Origin: Gemmatimonadota bacterium
GTDB taxonomy: Bacteria; Gemmatimonadota; Gemmatimonadetes; Gemmatimonadales; GWC2-71-9
Assembly (NCBI GenBank): GCA_036679605.1
Contig: JAZDCZ010000085.1
Location: forward strand, 32,001-96,000
Direction of reading: 5' to 3'
DNA: 64,000 nt
The notes under the pieces are model-generated. The model searched no databases. It worked only from the letters and a program-made list of their open reading frames with translations, and was not told the origin of the DNA. Below, piece after piece: positions 8,861 to 17,490 of the stretch; within the stretch, counting starts at the first letter, position 1; each line of letters begins with the position of its first letter. Made by a program: the position numbers and the translations under genes.

Positions 8861-10891
8861 CTAGCTGACGTCTGCCCCCGATTCCCAGACCGCGATGCAT
8901 CCGGCTATCGCACTTGCAGCGGTTGTGTAGGGACTAGCTAAGTAGAGTTGCCCCGGGCCAGAGCGGCCCGGAAAGTTGCGGTTGATGGCGCTGATAGTGA
9001 CGGTCTCCTTGTCGTACGAGACACCGGGACCCGCGTTGATACACGCACCGCACGACGGCTCGATGAAGGTTGCACCTATTTCGTCGAACAGATCGAGATA
9101 TCCCTGCTCCTCACAATAGCGTCTCACGTCCTGAGAGCCGCACTGGATGAAACAACTAACGTCGGCGTGCACGCGTTTGCCGCGACCCAACGCCTCCCGA
9201 AAAACACGCGCGTACATGTCCATGTCCGATTTCTTGCCCGCCGTGCAAGAACCGGCGTACGCTATGTCTACCTTGACCGTTTCGCCGAGTTCTTCGATAA
9301 ACAGGCCGTTTCCGGGATCTCCCGGTAACGCTACAAGCGGTTGCAGATCGCTCGCGGTGAGTTCGATTACCTTGTCGTATTCCGCATCGGGATCGGAGAA
9401 AAGACCCTCCAGTGACGCCTCTGCTTCCGCCTGATTCATTCCGCGCTCGTGCACGAGAAACTCTACCGTTCGGCTGTCCGGTTTGACGATTCCGGTGAAC
9501 GCTCCCACCTCAGCTGCCATGTTAGTCATCGTCGCACGTTCGTCTACCGTGAGTTGCTCGATGGCCTCGCCGGCATACTCAACGATCTTGCCGATCGCGT
9601 TGCCATTCTTCACGTAAGGATGGCGAAGAATCTGGAGCATGAAGTCCTTCGCCGTTACGTTATCAGGCTTACCGCCCGTAACGCGGATGAGAACCGCACC
9701 GGGAACCTTGATTCGCACGTCCTTCGTGAGCCAAGAGTTGAAGATCGCCGTCGTACCGACACCGAACGCGATGCAACCGACAGCGCCGGCATGTGGCGTA
9801 TGGGAGTCGCTACCAATTATCACCTGGCCCGGCAGGGCGTGCTGCTCGAGAATCTTGGAATGACAAATCGCCTCGGACCCTTGGACAATCTCGTTACGTC
9901 CCAGGCGAGGAAGCTCACCGTAGAGCTTTACTCCCTGGATCTCCGCGAATTCCTCCTGCTTTCTTTTCAACTCCAACGCCACGTCGAGCAAGCCCTCCGC
10001 TTTCCGTTCGTCGGTCATCGCGATTTCCAGAAACGTTAGGTGATCGCGGAAGAGCAATACTGATTCGGGATCTACTATGCACTCGTTCTTACCAACGTTC
10101 CTCTCCCAGAGAATCGCTGACATCGGAGTGACATATTCGTGACTGAAGCGGATGTCAGTACGAACGAATCCCTCATCCCCCGGGTCCACGCTCGTCACGC
10201 CGATTTCGTCCTCTGCGAGATCAGTTACCCAGTGACGCGCAATTATCTTTTCACCTATCGTCATCGGCCGCGCATGATCGGCTATCCGTGGCACCTGTAC
10301 CGACCCTTGGATGCGGGCGACGTTATAATGGAAGAGGCCTCCATGCTCGATCACGGCACGAGTTATGGTGCCGTGTTCTTTGGTGAATTCGCTGAGCGGA
10401 ATCGCCTCACCGCTGCGAATACGATCGACGAGACCAAAGTCGGTGCTCGTCAGAATCCCTAGGTTCTGGCAGTTTTCTTCATAGATGCGCTCGATGTTCT
10501 CGGCAATAACAATGCGGATTCCCGCGCACATCTCCGCATACGGCGACTGCTCGCGCGACGAACCTTTGCCGCGACGCTTGCCACTTACCGAGCAGACGAA
10601 TTTTCCTGCCTTGACACTACCGCGCTCAATAGGGAATTCGCTGCCCGCCTTCAGGCCCAGATAGGGGAACTCGCCGAGCGTATCGTCGTAGTAGTAGCAG
10701 ATATAAGCGGGAGTGATTTCGTCGGTGGAAATATCATCACGCAGTGGGAGAGCGTCCGAAAGCGAAAGGTCTTCGCCACCGAGCTGGCGCCGAATCAGCT
10801 CTGCGTCATTCGCCAAAAACAAGATCCGGCCGGCAATGTCAATGGTTGCTGGCCGTTTCTCAACCTTGCGGCTCTTTATGTCGTCGTGCAT
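8861..10891 (-). CDS. Aconitase-family hydro-lyase with N-terminal swivel (LeuD-like) domain fused to a LeuC-like domain
   Basis: DISTDEITP and GKGSSREQ (swivel); DH, GSDSHT, GSCT and PSCGAC (Fe-S ligands); NRNFPGRSG. Start revised to ATG 10891. Confidence 0.85.
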   Translation of the reverse strand: MHDDIKSRKVEKRPATIDIAGRILFLANDAELIRRQLGGEDLSLSDALPLRDDISTDEITPAYICYYYDDTLGEFPYLGLKAGSEFPIERGSVKAGKFVCSVSGKRRGKGSSREQSPYAEMCAGIRIVIAENIERIYEENCQNLGILTSTDFGLVDRIRSGEAIPLSEFTKEHGTITRAVIEHGGLFHYNVARIQGSVQVPRIADHARPMTIGEKIIARHWVTDLAEDEIGVTSVDPGDEGFVRTDIRFSHEYVTPMSAILWERNVGKNECIVDPESVLLFRDHLTFLEIAMTDERKAEGLLDVALELKRKQEEFAEIQGVKLYGELPRLGRNEIVQGSEAICHSKILEQHALPGQVIIGSDSHTPHAGAVGCIAFGVGTTAIFNSWLTKDVRIKVPGAVLIRVTGGKPDNVTAKDFMLQILRHPYVKNGNAIGKIVEYAGEAIEQLTVDERATMTNMAAEVGAFTGIVKPDSRTVEFLVHERGMNQAEAEASLEGLFSDPDAEYDKVIELTASDLQPLVALPGDPGNGLFIEELGETVKVDIAYAGSCTAGKKSDMDMYARVFREALGRGKRVHADVSCFIQCGSQDVRRYCEEQGYLDLFDEIGATFIEPSCGACINAGPGVSYDKETVTISAINRNFPGRSGPGQLYLASPYTTAASAIAGCIAVWESGADVS

Positions 10892-10951
10892 GCTGTGAAA
10901 GCTCACCAGTACTTCCCACCCGAGCAACCTTTAGGTTAGGATTCTCCAGTC

Positions 10952-11896
10952 ATGCCACCTTGGGTCGAACTACGCACAGCTCGAATAGGAACGGCAATGT
11001 CGTTGCTGGGACTACGGCTGCTAGTGGTGACGATGTCGCTTGCGGCCCAGAGCAGCGAACCCACCTCCCTTGAGATCACCGGCGAGTTCCAGTCCAGCAG
11101 AATTGACGAAAGCTCCGGTGTGGCAGTGAGCCGCGAGTTTCCCGGGATTCTATGGACTCACAACGATTCCGACGATGGGGAATGGCTGTATGCAACGAAC
11201 CTGCACGGTGATGACCTGGGGTACATTCGGGTACGAGGCTCGGCATCCAAGGACTGGGAGGACATCGCCTTGGGACCCTGCCCTAACAAGGGAGACGGAG
11301 ATTCGTGCATCTACATCGCGGATACCGGTGACAACAGGGAGCGACGTCGCAGAGTATCCATCTATGTGTTCCCGGAGCCGGCGATCGACAGTTCCGGCCG
11401 CGTGTCTGCGAAGCGCACAGCCCTAGCACACAGACTGCGCGTCTCGTATCCGGACGGCCCGCACGACGTAGAGGCCATGGCCGTGACTCCAAGTGGTGAT
11501 GTGTACCTGTTCGCCAAGGGCCGGTCGGGACCTGTGGCGGTGTACTTTATAGCCCACGACCAAGTCAGCACCAAGGCCGTTACCGCTGAGCGGTTGGGGA
11601 CACTGCCGATCACAACTCAGCCGCGACTCGGTTGGCTAGTTACCGCCGCCGCCATATCCCCAGATGGAACGAAAGTGGCGATCCGGACCTACACAGCACT
11701 GTACTTCTACACGCTGGCCGAAAACAAGACCTTGGAGCCTCTGGGCCCACGCTGTTGGTTGGGGACCTTCCAGGTCCAGGGCGAGGCGGTCGATTTCCTA
11801 GATGAGAGCACGGTGGTATTGACAAGCGAGTCAGCCCTGGGTCGTGCTGGCACGATTGCAACCGCGGTCTGTCCTGTAGACGCAGACGGAAGGTAA
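10952..11896 (+). CDS. Exported beta-propeller-like hypothetical protein
   Basis: Signal-like segment; IDESSG, LWTHNDS, DWEDIA, YIADTGDN and DVEAM repeated blade-like motifs. The start may be ATG 10997. Confidence 0.7.
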   Translation: MPPWVELRTARIGTAMSLLGLRLLVVTMSLAAQSSEPTSLEITGEFQSSRIDESSGVAVSREFPGILWTHNDSDDGEWLYATNLHGDDLGYIRVRGSASKDWEDIALGPCPNKGDGDSCIYIADTGDNRERRRRVSIYVFPEPAIDSSGRVSAKRTALAHRLRVSYPDGPHDVEAMAVTPSGDVYLFAKGRSGPVAVYFIAHDQVSTKAVTAERLGTLPITTQPRLGWLVTAAAISPDGTKVAIRTYTALYFYTLAENKTLEPLGPRCWLGTFQVQGEAVDFLDESTVVLTSESALGRAGTIATAVCPVDADGR

Positions 11897-12022
11897 TTCG
11901 ATCCATTTGGCCCCGTAGGTACTGGCCGAATCGAGTCCCAAGGGGTATGTTCCCGCCCCTAGTAAGCCGCCATCCCATCAGACTGCAGAGAGAGCACCCT
12001 GGAACTACCGACTTCCCATCGA

Positions 12023-13105
12023 TTGCCAGCTACCTGGATCCGCGAAAACGCTTGTGCCCCAATACGTTGGCGCGTGGCTACCGAGATTCTGCCGCCCGGA
12101 AGTGTTTCCGACGACGAACTTGCCCAACTCAAGAACGAGGTGCTGCAATACCGAAAGGTCAAGCAGATCTTGCGTAAGCAACGCACCAACGGCTCTTGGA
12201 GCGGCAACATCCTGGGGATCTCGGCGTCCAAGGCCCAAGGCATCAAAGACGTAGGCACCATGGTCCGATACCGCCAGCTCACTGAGCTGGGTGTTCCCCG
12301 CGATCAGCGCGCATATCGCCACGCCGACCGATTGTTTTATCGCATTCTATCGCGAGATGACGATCCGGCCCTGTTGTTCGAGTACCAGAAGGCCGCCAAG
12401 ACCAATCCAGAGCTTGCTCGTTGGGCAAGGGACATGTTCCGTGAAGCGGCCACGGCCACCCTGGCCCACGCCAATCTCATCGAGGATCCCCGGGTGCGTG
12501 GTGCGGCACACCGAATTGTTACTAACCTGTCGCAATTCCTGCGTAGTGAGCTGGCTGAAAAGCCAATAATTAGGAAGAGTTCCCATAATATTCTACAGGC
12601 CGGCGCATGCCCGCCAACGGTCTTCTCGGTCGCTACAATGGCCTTCATGCCTCGCCTGCAGCGGGAGCGTGCTGGTTTTGTGGATCGACTGGAGGCCTAC
12701 ATCACGAAGCCCGCACCCAAGAGAACCTATGTGGTCTCGCTAGGGCGCAAGACCGTAAAGCCCACGTTTTATATCCTGGGAGAACCACTGCGGGCCGACG
12801 CTGCCGGCAATCCTAAGGACCTTCCGTTTGCACTCCACTGGATCGAGCTGTTGATAAGACTGGGGATGCTCAAGCAATCATCGGTAGCAGTACGAATCCT
12901 GTCGCGCCTGATACGCGAGTGTGACGCGAACGGTGTATGGAATCCCCACAATCTGCGAACTCTCCCCAAGAGTGCTTCCAAATTGGCCGATTTCGGTTTC
13001 CCGCTCGAAGTTGACGGTCGGACAGCAGAACGCAGACGGGCTGATGTGACGTTCCGATTGGCGCTTCTGGCCAAATTGGCCGGTTGGGACCTCGAACTCA
13101 CCTGA
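12023..13105 (+). CDS. Hypothetical protein with QW-like (prenyltransferase/terpene cyclase barrel) motifs
   Basis: 360-aa ORF containing KQRTNGSW and ECDANGVW. Start uncertain (TTG 12023). Confidence 0.65.
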   Translation: MPATWIRENACAPIRWRVATEILPPGSVSDDELAQLKNEVLQYRKVKQILRKQRTNGSWSGNILGISASKAQGIKDVGTMVRYRQLTELGVPRDQRAYRHADRLFYRILSRDDDPALLFEYQKAAKTNPELARWARDMFREAATATLAHANLIEDPRVRGAAHRIVTNLSQFLRSELAEKPIIRKSSHNILQAGACPPTVFSVATMAFMPRLQRERAGFVDRLEAYITKPAPKRTYVVSLGRKTVKPTFYILGEPLRADAAGNPKDLPFALHWIELLIRLGMLKQSSVAVRILSRLIRECDANGVWNPHNLRTLPKSASKLADFGFPLEVDGRTAERRRADVTFRLALLAKLAGWDLELT

Positions 13106-13157
13106 TGGACGGCCCGGACCCTGAAGGCTTGATGTAATCCAAGTGTACGATTAGTGT

Positions 13158-13173
13158 AGTAGTAACAACTACT
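13158..13173. promoter_or_regulatory. Inverted repeat AGTAGT-N4-ACTACT, candidate TrmB-family operator
   Basis: Perfect 6-4-6 palindrome ending 6 bp before the TrmB gene start. Confidence 0.6.
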
Positions 13174-13179
13174 CCTACA

Positions 13180-13875
13180 TTGATCAACCTCGTACCGTTC
13201 GGGTTTACCCAAACTGAGGCCCGAGTTTACTCGGCAATGCTGGATCGTGGACCGGCGACGGCCTACGATCTTGCTAGGTCAACCACCCTTGCCCGGGCCA
13301 ATACCTACCAGGCCCTCTACGGACTCGTAGAGAAGGGTGCCGCCATCCTTGTTAGTGAAAAGCCCAAAATTTTTCGCCCTGTCTCACCTGACGCTGTTTT
13401 GACCCTCATGGCAGAACTTGAGGCCAGGCGTTTGGACCAACTGGAGGCAGAGGTTGCTGAACTCAGCAAAATGGGGGAGCCCGCGACGGTGAAGTTTTCT
13501 GACCGGCGCGCTTTTGAGGCAGTCGTACTCAGAAACGCAGTGCGAGCCGAGTCGATCAGGTGCGTTGCAGCGCCAGAAATTCTCAAGACCCTAGCACCAA
13601 TCTGGCGAAAGCGGGCAGCCGATGCGAAGCGAACCGAACTCTGGGTAATCGGAGAGTCATCGGGTGGATCAGATGGGGGAGCGGCGCTAAGTGGTTCAGT
13701 ACCTCTGAAACTCGTCATCGACATCTTCGGGAGTAGCGTTGCCCTGCTACTGAGTCCTGAGGTGGCCATCGTTGCGCTCGAGACGGAAGCGGGTGAAGTC
13801 GCTGGCTGTTGGACGTCGGAGCTGCTGCTGACCGGCATGGTCAGAGCTGCGGTGGCGTTATTAACCGGCGCTTGA
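13180..13875 (+). CDS. TrmB family transcriptional regulator
   Basis: GFTQTEARVY..GPATAYDLA...ANTYQALYGLVEKG winged HTH. Confidence 0.88.
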   Translation: MINLVPFGFTQTEARVYSAMLDRGPATAYDLARSTTLARANTYQALYGLVEKGAAILVSEKPKIFRPVSPDAVLTLMAELEARRLDQLEAEVAELSKMGEPATVKFSDRRAFEAVVLRNAVRAESIRCVAAPEILKTLAPIWRKRAADAKRTELWVIGESSGGSDGGAALSGSVPLKLVIDIFGSSVALLLSPEVAIVALETEAGEVAGCWTSELLLTGMVRAAVALLTGA

Positions 13876-13903
13876 CGATGATCAATGTACGGGCCATGTT
13901 TGA

Positions 13904-13929
13904 CATATTCATCCAACTGGTTGAATATG
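13904..13929. promoter_or_regulatory. Palindrome CATATTCA-T-CCA-AC-TGG-T-TGAATATG, candidate TetR operator
   Basis: 26-bp near-perfect inverted repeat overlapping TTGACA (13900-13905) and the ATG at 13927. Confidence 0.7.
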
Positions 13930-14511
13930 GACTCTCTCATACATACGTACGTAAACAGCAAGCATAGAATAGCTTTAGCTGCCAAAGAGGAGTTCGCCAA
14001 GTTCGGATTTTCCGGGGCCAGGGTAGCTCGAATAGCGAAACGGTCAGGGCTCAACAAGCAACTGATCTTCTATTATTTCGGCTCAAAATCTCAACTTTAC
14101 GAGGCCATCCTGAGCCGCGCCAGTGCCGATTTGTTGCCCGTGGTCCGCTCCGCTCCGGGAAAACCACCGAGTCGCCGCCTAAGAGACACGATCGCCAATA
14201 TCATGTCATCGTTGGATGAAAACGCCGATTTGGCGAGGCTCCTGTTGGGGGACCGCAGAGACTCCAAGTCCGCGGCCAACCTGGCGCACCGGACGGCCAG
14301 CGACCTGGTGGCAACGATTTGCAACGTAGTTTCGGAAGGTCAGGGACTGGGATATTTTCGTGACGACATCGACCCGATGTCAATTGCACGCAACTCGTTC
14401 GCTTTAGTGCTGGGACACCGCGCCCTGTCGTCCCTCACTGACGAACCGACATCCTCTCAAGAGTCGTCAGATCAGATCACAGACTGGCTGTTGCGATTAC
14501 TAGCTTGGTAG
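13927..14511 (+). CDS. TetR/AcrR family regulator (RutR/NicS-like)
   Basis: AAKEEFAKFGFSGARVARIAKRSGLNKQLIFYYFGSK HTH and EGQGLGYFRDDIDP. Start revised. Confidence 0.9.
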   Translation: MDSLIHTYVNSKHRIALAAKEEFAKFGFSGARVARIAKRSGLNKQLIFYYFGSKSQLYEAILSRASADLLPVVRSAPGKPPSRRLRDTIANIMSSLDENADLARLLLGDRRDSKSAANLAHRTASDLVATICNVVSEGQGLGYFRDDIDPMSIARNSFALVLGHRALSSLTDEPTSSQESSDQITDWLLRLLAW

Positions 14512-14520
14512 ATCGGTTGG

Positions 14521-16959
14521 TCAATTAGGATGGGCGACCAAACTCACGTCCTGTGACGGCCTGAGAATCGGGTCCGGCTTGACCAAGCCTCCTTTGAGAG
14601 CCACGGCAAGCACGTCCATTAACGTCTCGACCGGCCATACCTTGATGCGGTCACGCTGATCTTCTGTCAAATCCTCCAGATCAGCCATGTTCTCTTTCGG
14701 CAGAATGACTTCCGTGATACCGGCCCGCACCGCCCCCAAAACTTTCTCCCGCACGCCACCGATAGGTAGGACGCGTCCCGAGAGTGTCACCTCTCCCGTC
14801 ATGGCTACATCGTGCCGCACCGGGATACCCGACAGGGCGCTCGTCAAAGCGGTGGCCATCGTAACACCTGCGGACGGGCCATCTTTAGGTACTGCCCCAG
14901 CTGGAACGTGAATGTGGATGTCCTTGCCGCCAAACACCTCTTGGGCAATCCCCAGTTCGGCGGCGTGAGTCTTTGCATAGGAGAGTGCTGCACGGGCAGA
15001 CTCCTTCATTACATCGCCCAGCTGACCCGTGAGTAACAGGTTGTCCTGCCCTGACATCACGCTGACCTCCACAAACATGATGTCCCCCCCCGCAGGCGTG
15101 TAGTACAAACCAGTCGCGGTTCCCACATGGTCCTCCGTGGCAGCATGCTCGGGGTGCACGGTGGGCCGCCCCAGAAGATCGTCGACGTTGTCCAGATCGA
15201 CGGCGAATTTCTCCACCTCATCTCCTGCAATCTTTCTCGCCACCTTACGCGCTACTTTGCCCAACTCACGCTCGAGTTGACGTACTCCCGCCTCTCTGGT
15301 GTAACTCGATATCGTAGTGGAGATCGCGTCGTCTGTGATGTCGAGTTGCTCTGGTTCGAGTCCAGATTCGCATATCCGCCGCGGGACCAGATACTTGCGA
15401 GCAATGGCCAACTTCTCGTCTTCGGTATATCCCGAGAACTCGACAATCTCCATCCGGTCCAACAGCGGAGCCGGAATATCTCCGAGAAAATTGGCGGTAG
15501 CGATGAACATCACCTCGGAGAGGTCGAACGGTACGCCCAAGTAATGGTCGGTGAAACTATCGTTCTGCGCTGGATCGAGCACTTCGAGTAGCGCTGCAGC
15601 CGGGTTGCCTTGGAAGGACACACCCAACTTGTCTACTTCATCCAGAAGGAACACGGGATTCTTGGTTCCGGCGCGCTTTAGTCCCTCGATAATCCGCCCT
15701 GGCATCGCTCCGACGTAGGTGCGTCGGTGACCACGAATATCTGCCTCGTCTCTCGCACCTCCCAGGGCCACCCGGACATATTTGCGACCCATCGCCCGCG
15801 CAATTGATTTGGCAATCGAGGTCTTGCCGGTCCCCGGCGGGCCGGCGAACATCAGGATCGTCCCTTTGGGACTGCGGTCATCTTCGTTGCCACTCGGCTC
15901 AGAATCGTCCGACTTCCCCTGCTGTAATTGGCGAACCGCCAAGTATTCGAGCACACGGTCCTTTACGTCGTCCAGTCCATAGTGGTCTTCGTCCAGTACT
16001 CCCTGGGCGTGGCTCAGATCCAGCCCCTCCGTCGTTCTCTGGTTCCACGGTAGTTCCACTACGGTCTCGAGATATGTGCGAATGACCAAGGCTTCCATCG
16101 ATTCACTCGACGCCCTGTTTAATCGGCTCAGTTCCTTGTCTATCTCCTTCTGAACCACGGCTGGCAGATTGAGCTTAGCTAGGCGCTCGGCAAGTTCGTC
16201 CACTCCAGCCGCTTCATCTTCATCTCCCAGTTCGCGCCGAATGGTCTTCAGCTGCTCGCGCAAAAACATCTCGCGTTGACGTTCGCCGAGTTCCTCCTGC
16301 ACCTGCGACTTAATCTCTGCTTGAGCTTTGAGCAATCCAATCTGGCGTTGCACATGCACAAGCACACGACGCAGTCGCTCTTCCACTCCAAGGGTCTCCA
16401 GAAGATCTTGGCGATCCTCCGATGGCACATCTATGTACCCAGCGACGAGGTCGGCGAACCGACCGGGGTCATCGACTCCGTCGAGGACCTGCTTGATTAC
16501 GTCCTCCGGAATGCCTGTGCGTTCACCCAGTTCCGCCCCTCTCTCGCGCACCTCGCGATAGAGTGCGGCGAACAACGCGTCATCTGCATCCACCGGATCC
16601 AAATCTGGAACCTCTTGGACCACAGCCTCCATATAGTTGTCGGTTTCGCTGTAGCGCAGCACCACTCCCCGCTTCTCGCCCTGCAGAAGAAGTTGCATTC
16701 CTCCGAGTCCGCGTTGCACATGGCCGATTCGGGCAACTGTGCCCATCGCAAACAAATCGTCGGACTTGGGATCTTCTGTGTCAGTTCGTTGGGAAACGGC
16801 GAGAACCATCCGGTCCTGAGTTTCCAAAGCCGCCTCTATAGCCTTTAGCGTCGCGGGCCGACCTGCTCCAATCGGCACCGTCACACCGGGAAATACGACC
16901 ATTCCGCGCAGCGGTAACACCGGAAGGGTATGGCGGCGCGTTGAGTTTTCCATCTTCAT
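14521..16959 (-). CDS. lon: Lon (La) ATP-dependent protease
   Basis: LPVLPLR LON domain, [22 protein letters not shown] and [17 protein letters not shown]. Confidence 0.97.
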   Translation of the reverse strand: MKMENSTRRHTLPVLPLRGMVVFPGVTVPIGAGRPATLKAIEAALETQDRMVLAVSQRTDTEDPKSDDLFAMGTVARIGHVQRGLGGMQLLLQGEKRGVVLRYSETDNYMEAVVQEVPDLDPVDADDALFAALYREVRERGAELGERTGIPEDVIKQVLDGVDDPGRFADLVAGYIDVPSEDRQDLLETLGVEERLRRVLVHVQRQIGLLKAQAEIKSQVQEELGERQREMFLREQLKTIRRELGDEDEAAGVDELAERLAKLNLPAVVQKEIDKELSRLNRASSESMEALVIRTYLETVVELPWNQRTTEGLDLSHAQGVLDEDHYGLDDVKDRVLEYLAVRQLQQGKSDDSEPSGNEDDRSPKGTILMFAGPPGTGKTSIAKSIARAMGRKYVRVALGGARDEADIRGHRRTYVGAMPGRIIEGLKRAGTKNPVFLLDEVDKLGVSFQGNPAAALLEVLDPAQNDSFTDHYLGVPFDLSEVMFIATANFLGDIPAPLLDRMEIVEFSGYTEDEKLAIARKYLVPRRICESGLEPEQLDITDDAISTTISSYTREAGVRQLERELGKVARKVARKIAGDEVEKFAVDLDNVDDLLGRPTVHPEHAATEDHVGTATGLYYTPAGGDIMFVEVSVMSGQDNLLLTGQLGDVMKESARAALSYAKTHAAELGIAQEVFGGKDIHIHVPAGAVPKDGPSAGVTMATALTSALSGIPVRHDVAMTGEVTLSGRVLPIGGVREKVLGAVRAGITEVILPKENMADLEDLTEDQRDRIKVWPVETLMDVLAVALKGGLVKPDPILRPSQDVSLVAHPN

Positions 16960-17014
16960 TTGCCCCTCTGTATTTGGCCGGACCTCTTGGCCTTCAGCAT
17001 AATGGACCCGAGGA

Positions 17015-17031
17015 GGCAGCTATCGTGCCCA
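17015..17031 (-). promoter_or_regulatory. Candidate sigma54 (-24/-12) promoter for lon
   Basis: Minus strand TGGGCACGATAGCTGCC = GG-N10-GC, close to TGGCACG-N4-TTGC. Confidence 0.65.
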
Positions 17032-17081
17032 GGGAAAACCCCCTATGCCTTGTAAAACACGCCGACACCAGCGGACGTTCC

Positions 17082-17128
17082 AGTCAAGGTGACAGAACAC
17101 AGCGACCACGGCACCTGTCATTTTGGCA
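17082..17128. promoter_or_regulatory. Two TGYCA-N3-TGRCA-like palindromic boxes (candidate enhancer-binding sites)
   Basis: AGTCA-AGG-TGACA at 17082-17094 and TGTCA-TTT-TGGCA at 17116-17128. Confidence 0.55.
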
Positions 17129-17164
17129 GGCTATGTTCTAGTTCTGTCAGTGGTGATGGATTGC

Positions 17165-17410
17165 TTAGGAAGCCCTTGGGGCTGCGCTGAGCAACGAGTT
17201 CAATTCGGACTCGGTGAGTTGCTCGAGCAAGCCAGCTCGGGTGGTTACTTCACGTGCCGGCTCTTGGCCGTCCGACTCACAGCTAAAGCGAATGATGTCT
17301 GCCGGTTCCGGTATGGTCTTAGTAGTCTTCCTCGTAGCGATAAGACCCGACGTACGACCGACCCTCTCTGCTACCCAACGGCGTCCTTCCTCGTCTGTCA
17401 GCCAGCGCAT
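17165..17410 (-). CDS. Small hypothetical protein
   Basis: 81-aa ORF with a GGAGA RBS that fills the gap upstream of lon. Confidence 0.6.
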   Translation of the reverse strand: MRWLTDEEGRRWVAERVGRTSGLIATRKTTKTIPEPADIIRFSCESDGQEPAREVTTRAGLLEQLTESELNSLLSAAPRAS

Positions 17411-17490
17411 CTCTCCACCGTCTTGCCTTTCAAGGTTGCCAGTAGCCTATAGGCTAGGTTAATCTATGCTCGGATTATACCAGACGCTAC

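Noticed and set aside
13317..14057. 246-aa minus-strand ORF
   Set aside because: Antisense to TrmB and TetR, with no recognisable motifs.
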